Assembly: GCA_963920595.1 (NCBI GenBank)
Contig: OY986947.1
Location: 6,014,001 to 6,078,000 of the forward strand
Length of the DNA: 64,000 bases
Origin: Eimeria praecox
Lineage: Eukaryota
Reading direction: 5' to 3'
Of this stretch, positions 36,985-48,060 are shown one piece after another (position 1 is the stretch's first letter; the number at the start of each line of letters is the position of its first letter). Both the position numbers and the translations under genes were made by a program. The notes beneath the pieces were generated by a model. That model worked only from the letters and a program-made list of their open reading frames with translations, was not told where the DNA came from and searched no databases.

Positions 36985-37034
<50 letters not shown>

Positions 37035-37041
37035 CGGAATC

Positions 37042-37081
<40 letters not shown>

Positions 37082-37507
37082 ACTTTGTGGAACGACTTGG
37101 GGGGTGTAGCATAGGTGGGAGCTTCGGCGATCGTGAAATACCACTACCCTCAGTGTCGTTTTACTTATTCCGTCAAGTTGAGACGCATGCAACGCATGTG
37201 TTTTTGTCTTAAGGTGCCTCTCGGGGTGCTGAGCAATGCGGAAGACACAGTGAGGTGGGGAGTTTGGCTGAGGCGGCACATTTGTGAAACAATAGCGCAG
37301 GTGTTTTAAGGCAAGCTCAATGAGAAGAGAAATCTCATGTTTACCAGAAGGGGAAAAGCTTGCTTGATTTTGATTTTCAGTACGAATACAAACTGTGAAA
37401 GCATGACCTATCGATCCTTTAGGTCTGAGAAGCTTTCAGTTAGAGGTGGCAGAAAGGTTACCACAGGTATAACTGGCTTGTGGCAGCCAAGCGTTCATAG
37501 CGACGTT

Positions 37508-37545
<38 letters not shown>

Positions 37546-38025
37546 AGACGCAGAAGTCTCAAAGTGTCGGATTGTTCACCCGCCAATAGGGAACGTGAGC
37601 TGGGTTTAGCCCGTCGCGAGACAGGTTAGTTTTACCCTACTGATAAATTTGATACTGCGACAATAATCCAACTTAGTACGAGAGGAACAGTTGGTTCAGG
37701 TACTTGGTTAATGCGGCTAGCTGAAAAGCTGGTGCCGCGACGCTACCATCTGTTGGATTATGACTGAACGCCTCTAAGTCAGAATCCATGCTGGCTAAGC
37801 AGTGTTTCTCACCGCCTCTTTTGCTACTTGCATGTCATTTTAATGCCTCAGGCACAACATCTCACCAAAGCCCTCTGCGAAACGCGCTGGGCGATAATCG
37901 CAATTTCCCCCAACTGGGGCGTCACATCCATTGTAGATGGCTTTGGCTCAACCAGGTACTGTAAGTGCTGCGAGAGTAGGCTTGTCCTATGTTCCACTAA
38001 GATGCAATCTGCATTGTACGATGTG
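36931..38025 (+). pseudogene. Terminal degenerate 28S 3' segment marking the end of the rDNA array
   Basis: Runs to the 28S 3' end, but conserved positions are altered (CCACAGGTATAAC, GTTTAGCCCGTCGCGAG). Followed by unique sequence rather than IGS. Confidence 0.88.
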
Positions 38026-39764
38026 TGTTTCTCCTCTTTGCGTTCCTTGGTTGCGGGGCATCCATTCCTTCAACGCATCTTGCACTGCACACTTGTCTGC
38101 CTTTTTATCATGGCGTGGAGCATGCATTCCATCCTCCCCTTGAAGCTCTCTCGTCCTTTTCATGATATCGCTTAGCGCGGCGCTTCTTGCATGCGTCACT
38201 AGCTCCTACTAAGTACCTCGCCATCAGCTAAGACGCCTCGCAGAGCTACGACAGAATGCCGGAGTGCTTGCCATGGAAAAAAAAATAGCTATTGCTCAAT
38301 CATGCATGCATGCGATGCCGTAAGCAAAGCAAAGGCATTTCGAGACCGTGAACGAATGCAATGAAGATGCAAGGATGGTGAATATTGCTTGAGCTCATTG
38401 ACAAACCCCATGAATTTTCGGTGCTTGCTGGGCCTTTGGAATGACTATAAAGTATATATCATTGCTGCGTTTGTGGATGCGCGCTCACTTGAGGTAAAAG
38501 CAAAGTAAAAGGTAAAATGTAAAGGTAAGAGGAAAAAGCTACCCGATTGCTCTAGGCATTAAAGCACAGAGGCAAAGTAAGCAGGTAGATTTTACCTCAA
38601 CGCAGCAGCTAGCGCAAATGCTGATGTACGTCTATGCACGCAACAAGATTAGCAAAACGCAGATGGCAAAGGACATGCTTACACGCAACAAGTTCATCCA
38701 TAGTGTGCGCAAGCCATGATCGAAAGCATAGGCGAACACCATGTTCTGCCTAGAGTCTCTGACGATTTTTTTGGTGGGGCATTACGCTGGTTTTCTTTGA
38801 TCTCTCTAGCATCATAGCATTGCCGAAACCATGCAATGCTATTGCCCTTATCGCTGTTGTTGCTGGATTTGCTGATGCCTCAGCTACTATATCATCACCA
38901 TGTGTGGTAATTTGCTAACCGAGTCTGCGCAGTTCCTACACTGCAGTGCATGCATGCATGCGCTAATGGAGCCGCCAAGCGTATGCATGCATTTGCTCCT
39001 TGCATCATGTACGTGCAATATCTATCCATCTCTTTTTCACATGGGCGACTGCCAGCTGAGCATGCACTGGTTGCTTGCTTGCATTCATCGAGTGATTGGG
39101 TGTAAACCTATTTTCCCCTCTGTGCAAGCATTTGCACACATCTAGCTGCTGCATGCATGTATACATACTTATTTTGCTTGCACGTATGCATGCATTTGTA
39201 TGCATGCATATGGTGTGAGAGGCCGGCCAGTCAGTTCTGCCGAATTGCCTTGGGGTCAGTGCGTACACTTGTACAAAAAACAAGCTGAACGTGCGCTGCA
39301 TGTTGTTGTGTGAAGCGCGCTTGTCGCTGTTGGCCTTGCAGGCCGGACATATCAGTGTACCCACAAGTGAGCGGCTCACTTCCGAACGTTCGCATGCACC
39401 TCAGGGTGAACATGCCTGCATCTGGCTGACAGAGGCTATATTAGTGCTGGAGTTCTGCAGAGGTCGTGTACAAGATCGTCGAGGGCATTGTAATGGAATT
39501 GCTGCAGCTGGTAGTGCAAGAACTGAATCAAGGGAGCAGCAGCAATTGCGGCAACACCACAATCACAGTTCTTATCCCGTTCGACGGCGGACTGGGCAAG
39601 GTGGAAGGAGCCGCCTGCGTGGATTCAGCAACTACCGAACTTTGCATTCCTTTGCTACTCATTTGCCACTTCCAATACCAGCACCAGCAGCCGTAGCAAC
39701 AGGATTCAGGGGCAGCATCTCCTGTGTGAGCGTCTCCATACAGCACCAACATACTGGATTTGAA

Positions 39765-41406
39765 CGATGACCAGTCTTTTGATAGCCTTAACAATGCCAC
39801 CTAAAACCACACTACTTCAAATCCATCATATACGCACTGCATCATGACCAGCTTTTTGACGACCTTAAGAATCCCATCTGAAAACAGACTGCTTCAACTC
39901 CATCGTACACCCACAGCATCGTGGCCAGTCTTTGACGGCCTCAAGATTTCCATCTAGAAACACGTTACTTTAGATCCATCGTATACGCACCGCATCATGA
40001 CCAGTCTTTTGACGTCCCTACGAATGCCATCTTGAAAGGCACTACTTGTGATCCAGCATACACGTAACGTATCATGGCCAGTCTTTTGATGACCTTAACA
40101 ATGCCATCTAAAACCGCGCTACTTCAAATCCATCATATAAGCACCGCATGATGACCAATCTTTTGATGACCTTAAGAATCTCATCTGAGCACACACTACT
40201 TTAATTCCATCATACACGCACCGCATCATTACCAGTATTTTGTTGCCCTGAAGAATGCCATCTAAAACCGCGCTACTTTCGATCCCTCATACACGCACCG
40301 CATCATAACCAGTCTTTTGACGACCGCAAGACTGTCATCTAAAACCGCACTACTTTCGATCCCTCATACACGCACCGCATCATAACCAGTCTTTTGACGA
40401 CCGCAAGACTGTCATCTAAAACCGCACTAATTTCGATCCCTCATACACGCACCGCATCATAACCAGTCTTTTGACGACCGCAAGACTGTCATCTAAAACC
40501 GCACTAATTTCGATCCATCGTACACGCACCGCATGATGACCAGTCTTTGGGCAAACTTAACCTTGCCGACTAAAAACGGACTACGTTCGATCCATCATGC
40601 GCGCACCGCATCATGACCAGTCTTTTGACAACCTTAAGAATCCCATCTAAAAACACACTACTTTCGATCCATTATAGACCCACCGCATCATAACCAGTCT
40701 TTCGATATCCTTAGGAATGGCATCTAAAAGCACACTACTTTAGATCCATCATATACGCACCGCATCATGACCAGTCTTTTGACGAGTCTAAGAATACCAT
40801 CTAAAAACACGCTACTTGAGATCCATCATACATGGACCCCATCATGACCAGTCTTTTGATGGCCTTAGCAGTGCCATCTAAAACCGCACTACTTCGAATC
40901 CATCATTATACGCACCGCATGATGACCAGTTTTTTGGCGACCTTACGAATGCCATCTAGAAACAGACTACTTCGAATCCATCATATACGCACCGCATCAT
41001 GACCAGTCTTTTGACGACCTTCAGAATGCCACCTAAAACTACACTACTTCAAATCCATCATATACGCGCCGCGTCATGACCAGTCTTTTGATGAGCGTAA
41101 GACTGTCATCAAAAACCGCACTACTTTCGATCCATCATGCACGCACCGCATGATGACCAGTCTTTCGGCAGACTTAACCATGCCACATAAAAACGGACTA
41201 CGGTCGATCCATCATACAGGCGCCGCATCATGACCATTCTTTTGACGGCCTTAAATGCCATCGAAAACCGCACCACTTTAGATCCATCATACACGTACCA
41301 CATCATGGCCAGTCTTTCGACAGACTTAAGAATGCCATCTAAAGCCACACTGCTTGAGATCCATCATGCACGCGCAGCATCATGACCAGTCTTTTGACGG
41401 CCTTAA
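39765..41406. repeat. Diverged ~77-bp tandem satellite, about 21 copies
   Basis: Consensus approximately CATGACCAGTCTTTTGACGACCTTAAGAATGCCATCTAAAACCGCACTACTTTCGATCCATCATACACGCACCGCAT. ATGACC-type cores at 39767, 39844, 39921, 39997, 40074 and onward. Confidence 0.92.
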
Positions 41407-44100
41407 TCCCAAAGCGGATCAATGCACAAAACGCAAAACCTGGACCCGCCAATCGGTCACGTTCTAGCAGTGAAGCGGGATCAAACTTCCCTAACCATTA
41501 TGCAACGTGGAAGATTTAGCCTGCGTTGAACGATCTGCTGTGGCAGTGCTTCTCCATCTTGCTGGGACACAAGGGGGCGCGTTCGTTTGGGAAAGGTTGA
41601 AATGCTATGCAAAAGCTCATCAGCACACACAGTACAAATAACGCAACAGGCTGAAGTACCCGCAGCCATGCAGACTTCAAACTTCCATAACAAGCAAGCA
41701 ATGTGCTTACCGCAAAGTCCACGTTGGGTAAGCAGCTCTTGTCACTGCTCACTCGCTGCTTGCACGTGTTTTTCCCCTCCCTTTCCCTGCTTGCTGGGAA
41801 AGGAGCAGAAGTGCAGCTTGCACCGCATACCTCTGGTTTTTCTAGCTTGACGTGGTGCATACCTTCAGCCTACTCCAACAAGCTGTGTCGTGTGTTTCAT
41901 GCCACCGTCTAGCGCGGTGCTTCTGGAGCGCGTGAAGGGTTTCTAGTATCCATCCACTGCGCCTCCAGCTATGGCACATGCAACCTGCTGTTGAACCAGA
42001 GCTGTCACAGAATGGCGGATTGCTTGCCCCATGTAGAAAAGCAGTGAGGGTTTTGGAGAATAGAAGGATGCCATGCAGAACAAAATAACGCTTTGGAGAC
42101 CTTGAACAACGCCCCTGCATTGTTTACCGCATGGCATGCATGAACGAATCCAGTGAAAATGGGAGCAACTGTCGCGAATATTGCTTGTCCATGTCATGCA
42201 TTTTATGTCGAAAGTACAAGTCCAGGGAAGCAAGGCGATACAGTACCGCCCCCACATTGCGATACCTGCCATATCTGGAGGGTTGCCAAAGGGGAAGGCG
42301 TTCTTCACAAAATATGTGTGTCTGAAAGGCACTTTCACCGGTTAGCATGCAGATACTGCACCTTTTCAATCCACTGTAACGAGGGGGCCAGCCGTTGGTT
42401 GCTTCCTCACGGGAGAGCATATCCTGATCCATCTCCATGCAGGAGGAAAAAGGACTGGAGAACTGGCGGAGACTTTCCAGAGAAAACGTAAATATTTCCC
42501 CCCAATGCGTACAGCTTTTGCAAGGCTCGTTCACTGTGCATCAGGTTTCCTTCCTGTAGGCTGATGTCCGCTGGTCGCGCCTGCCAGCATGGGCGGTCCT
42601 GTGCCACCACGCGTAGCACGGGCCATCGTTACACGTGGTATCACGAGAGTCATGAATGCCAGCTAAGGACCGGCAAGGCCTTCGGATTAAAATTACCCCA
42701 AAGGTAGTTCAGTTTCTCCCCAGACCCCAGGCACCCTGCGCACAGTGGCCCAAGGGCGTACGACTGTCGCAGGTAGAGGCAGCTTGACATGAGCTGCACC
42801 GCGCATGGCTCTAAGTAGTGCTGCAAGGCAGCCCTGCACGGAAGAAGGGATAAGCCCGGCGTGCTGCATGCGTTAGCACTGCAAATGATGTAGAACGCTT
42901 GCTTGGCGCAAAGCAGACAGGCAGGGAGCAAGTACAAGTGCATCTTCCAGCTTCAGATAGGGCAAGTTAAACTGTTCAGTATTGCAAACCAACAGCCTGA
43001 TTGCCTCTTCCTGCTAATGGTGCAAAGGAATTATTAAACCTCACAATCCAAGCTTACTGTTTATCAAGGCACAGTTAAGTAGTAGGGCCGCCTGAGTGTT
43101 ACGTTTCCTTCCGACGATTTGTGCGTTTTGGCAGGAAACCATCAACCCGTCTATTTCTGACGACCGTTCCAGCTCATGCCAGTTTCATCGCCGCATATGG
43201 GTGAACAAAGTACGCGCTACATGCAATGTAATTAGAGGAGGAAATGCTCGCTTCCCACCTAAAAGTAGATGGAATGTTCAATTTTTCTCTAAAGAAGTAT
43301 AGAACATCCTAATTTCTGGCCGGATAGCATGCATTCTCTTTGCTTATGAGTACCGTCCCAGACGATGCTAGTTTCAGTGAATTCCTTATTCCAATTTTTC
43401 CGCCCATCACCATAACAAAAAGTAAAAACTGTGGGCCTCCGGGCATATCTTCAGGCCTCGAGCATAGCGCAAACCAGCATCTTTTGATATAATGAAGCAA
43501 CCCAGCGCACTTTGCTAGAATACCATGAAAGAAACCGTAAGGCTTCTGCGCTGTAGACCACCGTAGTACAAAAGGAGGTATTTCCTTTTCTTCCTCCAAC
43601 GCAGAAGGAGAACTATCACGGCTCACCCGGGGTCAAAAATGCTTGCATTTCCTTCTGCGTCCCCTTTTTGCCGTCGGCACCTCACTATGGCGAGCTGGGA
43701 CCACGCAACAAGCTTCGTCTGCTACGGGCACACATCCGCACGCATAAAGCGTTGTCCCTTCGTGCATAGAGTATCTGGTCGCAGGTGAGATGATGCTCAT
43801 CGTATTGCTTTGGTGTGAGCGCTGAACAGCATACGCTACATTGGCGGTGGAGTAGAGGAAAAAACCAGTGGAGATTATTTGGCCTTTGTAATTCAAGCAG
43901 AACGACCAAGTTGGTAGGGGTGCCTTTCTGCTTTGTCCAGCTCTCTCTTACCCCTCGTTGCCTTCTCGCTGGCCTTATTTCTGCATCTTGTGTACGTTGC
44001 ACTCCTCTACAGAGCGCTAATTGGTGTACACGTAGCACTAGCGCGTCACTAGTTCGCTCGTCTACTTGTCAGTTACCATCGCATATGCCCCATACACCTT

Positions 44101-44118
44101 AAACCCCTAAACCCTAAA
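44101..44118. repeat. Short interstitial telomere-like AAACCCT heptamers
   Basis: AAACCCCTAAACCCTAAAC; such heptamers are known to be dispersed in Eimeria genomes. Confidence 0.5.
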
Positions 44119-44862
44119 CATCTTCTAGTTAGTAGTTTTTGCGTTCTGTACCGCTTGCCTCTCCGCCATTTCTGCTCTCTGCTCCGTTGTACTGCTGCCA
44201 ACGGTCTGTGGGCATGCAGCGACGCAGACATTCCCACTGCATTTGCCTTAGTTTCTGCCTGTTGGTTTGGCCCTGCTTTGGCTTTTCTGGTTTCGGTTTT
44301 GTCCTATTTTCTGCCTCTACGTTTATGCTCTCCCGAACGATTGATCTGGCTCCGCTCCTAATCCCACCAGTTTTTGCCCCTGCCATTCTGTCAGTGTATG
44401 GTGCGTTACATTCGTTACACTGCATCGATCTGCCTTTCTCGGAAGCTCCCTCCCTCTGCTTGTGCTGCAGCTCCAGCATCTGCAAAAGGTCTTGGCCGAG
44501 CCAAGACTAAGAGAAGCGGTATGCTGGAAAACATTGAGTAAAAAAAGGCGCATATGCTTCCTAGCACAGTATGTTCCCCTGCATCTCTTGGCCCCCGTCC
44601 CTCAGACAAAGGCGAACTTAGATTATCGACTCCCAAATTTACAAATATGGGCACATCCGTTAAACCATAAACCCTATACACCCCCATATGCGACAATACG
44701 AATATTACACTCACTCACATGCACAACCTGCTCGTGCACGTGCGCACTGTCCCACGAGAGCCCGATCCAGTGGCAAGGAACCGTATGACAAGCCAAGGGA
44801 AGCCAAGGATATTCAATAAGTAAATAACCGAGTACAAATTCACCAATAATGGTAACCATAAC

Positions 44863-47800
44863 TCACTTCTTTGTTCGTTGCGCATGGACGCCCTTCTGCA
44901 GCCTCCAGTAGTCATTATCGTAGGAGGTGAGCAGCTCGGTGCCTTTGGGTATGTCTTTAACAGCCACAACAACAACTCTTTGCGTGGCTCTGTGTTTATC
45001 GAACATAACCCGAAAACGAACGCAAATCCCCGGGCCATCCCCGCCCCTGGTGTTCCATCGCCCGTCGTTGATGAAGGCACCCCCGCCAAGCAAAGGGAAA
45101 GGCGTGTGAAACCCCAGAAGGTAAAGGTGCTGCATTTGCACGTTCACCACGTGAGAAGCGCACTCCATATGCCGCAGCAGCAAGGCGGTGCGCCTGTCAA
45201 TCAAAATCCCGCTGTATTCGCATATCACTGCACGCCGACTAAATGAGCGGCACGTGTATATGCCTAAACCTGAACCCCTACCCAAAGAAGAGCCTCCAAC
45301 CAGCAGCCCCTGCGAAATACGTGCTAGAGAGCCGTACCGCACACAACCGCCAGAGCCCCCATTTCCTCCTCCTTGTCCTCGGTCCAAACCCCTGTTTGGA
45401 CCTTTGCCTACGCCCTTACCACTTGTAGTCATGTCTAAAGTCTTCCCCTCCAAACCCTTTCCTAAGCTCTTCTCGTCTACACCCTTGCCTAACCCCACAT
45501 CTGCGGAACCCTTCTCTAGGCCCTCGTCATCTGCAGCCTCGCGCAAAACCTCTTCAGCTCCCGAACAAGCGCATGAAGCAGCTGCCTCCTCGCGTGATGC
45601 GGGGCGAGGAGAAATGCAACCACGTAAGGAAGGCGCGAAGGACCCTGCTGCTGAAGCTGCTGCTGCCGCTGCCGTTGCTGCCACTGCTGCTCTAGCACCT
45701 GCTGCCACTGCTGCTCTAGCACCTGCTGCCACTCCTGCCAGGGGCTCTCTTGCTGCGCCCGCTTGTCCTGAAGCAAGCTCTGCCGCTGTTGTTGCTTTGC
45801 TCGTGCTGAGCTTGCAGCCACTGCACTGCTGGCTCGATTCCACTCCCTCTGTTGCTGCGCTAATGCGCGTTACTACTGCTGGCGTCGCCGTTGGTAATCT
45901 TCCAGTGGTTGCTGCAGCACTGCGGCTGACCTCTTCGCTCCAGGACATTCGCCGAAATCTCGGCGGCGGCGTGCGTTGTTCGTGCTTCTGCTGTCCCGTA
46001 AAGGTTGCTGCGGCCGCTGCTGCTGCCATGTCCCGTACAGCGGCTGCAGCACAAACAACAGCAGCGGTAGGTGCTGATACAGCAGCAGTAGCAGCAGCAG
46101 TGTTCCGAAATGAAGGTTCGCTCTGCCTTTCTCTCCGTTTGCGAAGTTGCACTTCGTGGTCCTGGCTTTGCCGACGCCAGGCTGGGGAACACCAGTAGCA
46201 GCCCTTGACAAGGCCACTTGCAGCTGGTTGTTCCGCTGGTTTGTCTGTTCCACGGGTGATCCAAGGAGGGCAGCAGCACTGATAAGAACAGAAAGAGGAG
46301 GCCATACGCCCCACAGCTGCGGCATCATTCGCCGCCTTTCCCAAGTCATCCCCCGCATGCGGTCCCTTTTCTGCTGGTTGTTCTGCAGCAACATGAGCTG
46401 CATTTGCTGCTTCTGGCGTGGCGGTCAGCTGAAATTGATCTGGGCATATTGCTTCCGCTTCTGCACCTGGTGCAGCGGTATTGGGGAGCCATGCTTGCTG
46501 GCCTCCTTCTTTCTGTGCAAGCCCACTGCCCCACATCGGACGCTGGGCAGCCACTGCAGGGGCAACAAAGCAATCAAGACCTCTCCTTCTGCGGAAGAGG
46601 AGGCGACGCCTTTTTGTAGGGGGAGGCGGCCAAGGCCTGGCGTGTAGACAGAAGATTGAAGGCAGGAGAGGTAGCAGCAAAGGAGGCACCACCAGCGGCT
46701 CTCCACCTGAGCATGCGCTACTCCACCAGCTGCTGTCCTCGGCCGCCGCTGCTGCTGCTGCTGCACGCGCCCGCCAGCCAATGCCTTCCTTTGCCTCATC
46801 GCTCCCATCAAAAAAGCCCCCGCAACCGTCCTGCTGCTGCTGGCCCCGGTTCTGCTGGTTCTCCTCCTGCTTAGGCTGCTGCAGCGCAGCAGACACAATA
46901 GACGCCGGCCGCTTAAAGGAACGTTTGGGCTGCCGCATCACCGTTTGTATGCTGGGGTGTACCTCCACCTCCAACTGGTCCTGCAGGGCTCGATGCGCGC
47001 TGCACGGCTCCACAATGTCGTGAGACCCCACAGTGCTCTTGAGGTAAGAGCTATGGAATGAGGAGAGGCTGCAACTGGCGTTGCTCCCGCCTATGCTTTC
47101 CACTGTACAGGGCCTTTGGTTGCTCTTGAGCGTGTGAAGGCAAGCGCAGCACAAAAAGCTGCCTCCTATGGAAGAGAAAGGTGACAGGCACAAAACGCAA
47201 GAAGTGAGCAGCGCGTCAGAACTCTCGCCACCGCCCCCTCCTTCAGGGCTCTCACGCTTCGCCGCACCAGAAACCGCTTCTTCGGCACTCTGCGCACTCT
47301 CGGCACTCCGGTCCCTCACAGACCCTCCGTAAACCTTCTTAGATAACTTGCTCCTGTTGCTGCTGCTGTTCTTTGCGCTGTTGTTGCTGTTGCTGCTCTC
47401 GATCGTGCTGGGCGCAGTGCTGCTGGTGATGCTGGTGGTGGTGCTGCAGGTGGTACATGCCTCGAATGGGTCACCAGCAACTGCTGCTCTTGCTGCAACT
47501 GTTGCTGCCGCAATCCCCTGAGGTCCCTGATATTCCCGTTCCACTGCACCTGGAGCAAGCGATACAGTTGTGTCCAACACAGCAGCAGCAGCAGCAGAAG
47601 TGCGATGGCTTGTGGATTCTCCTTCCACCACCGCGACGCTAGAAGAGGAGAGCGGCTGTGAAGCGCCAAGGGTGCTGCCTGTTACGGCAGAGGGGCTGGC
47701 GGCATGCAGCCCTAATGCCAACACTCCAGCCACCAGCCGCTTCGGATCGGCAGCGATCCAGCGGGCAAGGATGCTCTCAGGAGTGGCGGCGTGTGGAGGT

Positions 47801-48060
47801 CGGCGCCTGGGGTCTATGTCTGCCCCTCGCTTGTTTGCAACCAACTGCAACAAGAGATGCTTCTGCAGCACCCTTTGAACCCGCCTGCGTGGAGCCGACA
47901 GGAAATGGGCAGACCTCGGCTGCTGGGCCACCCAAGAAGGTGTAGATGATGCGTAGTCCAAAGGTTGCTTTGCAGGGGTCGTCTTTGCCTCCCGCACAGT
48001 CGCCAAAGCCTCCCCTGCAGCCCGCTCCTGTTTGGCTGCCCCCACGAAGCCCACCATCAT
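44863..48060 (-). CDS. SET-domain protein (putative lysine methyltransferase) with a long low-complexity N-terminus
   Basis: C-terminal GLGIYTCRSFSRRAVICEYSG...GAFINDG...VVVVAVKDIPKGTELLTSYDNDYW. First in-frame ATG at 48060 (the track uses GTG at 48147). The true start and splicing are uncertain. Confidence 0.8.
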   Translation of the reverse strand: MMVGFVGAAKQERAAGEALATVREAKTTPAKQPLDYASSTPSWVAQQPRSAHFLSAPRRRVQRVLQKHLLLQLVANKRGADIDPRRRPPHAATPESILARWIAADPKRLVAGVLALGLHAASPSAVTGSTLGASQPLSSSSVAVVEGESTSHRTSAAAAAVLDTTVSLAPGAVEREYQGPQGIAAATVAARAAVAGDPFEACTTCSTTTSITSSTAPSTIESSNSNNSAKNSSSNRSKLSKKVYGGSVRDRSAESAQSAEEAVSGAAKRESPEGGGGGESSDALLTSCVLCLSPFSSIGGSFLCCACLHTLKSNQRPCTVESIGGSNASCSLSSFHSSYLKSTVGSHDIVEPCSAHRALQDQLEVEVHPSIQTVMRQPKRSFKRPASIVSAALQQPKQEENQQNRGQQQQDGCGGFFDGSDEAKEGIGWRARAAAAAAAAEDSSWWSSACSGGEPLVVPPLLLPLLPSIFCLHARPWPPPPTKRRRLLFRRRRGLDCFVAPAVAAQRPMWGSGLAQKEGGQQAWLPNTAAPGAEAEAICPDQFQLTATPEAANAAHVAAEQPAEKGPHAGDDLGKAANDAAAVGRMASSFCSYQCCCPPWITRGTDKPAEQPAASGLVKGCYWCSPAWRRQSQDHEVQLRKRRERQSEPSFRNTAAATAAVSAPTAAVVCAAAAVRDMAAAAAAATFTGQQKHEQRTPPPRFRRMSWSEEVSRSAAATTGRLPTATPAVVTRISAATEGVESSQQCSGCKLSTSKATTAAELASGQAGAAREPLAGVAAGARAAVAAGARAAVAATAAAAAASAAGSFAPSLRGCISPRPASREEAAASCACSGAEEVLREAADDEGLEKGSADVGLGKGVDEKSLGKGLEGKTLDMTTSGKGVGKGPNRGLDRGQGGGNGGSGGCVRYGSLARISQGLLVGGSSLGRGSGLGIYTCRSFSRRAVICEYSGILIDRRTALLLRHMECASHVVNVQMQHLYLLGFHTPFPLLGGGAFINDGRWNTRGGDGPGICVRFRVMFDKHRATQRVVVVAVKDIPKGTELLTSYDNDYWRLQKGVHAQRTKK

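Larger units (their letters stand above)
27685..37378. repeat. 2764-bp tandem repeat, about 3.5 copies: element B 5' half + 28S stub + tRNA-Ile insert + 28S fragment
   Basis: Identical landmarks recur exactly 2764 bp apart (tRNAs at 28554, 31318, 34082 and 36846). Copies differ by scattered SNPs. Confidence 0.95.

Noticed and set aside
39765..41406. 77-bp array as a CRISPR array
   Set aside because: The whole unit is homologous between copies with no unique spacers; it is a diverged satellite.
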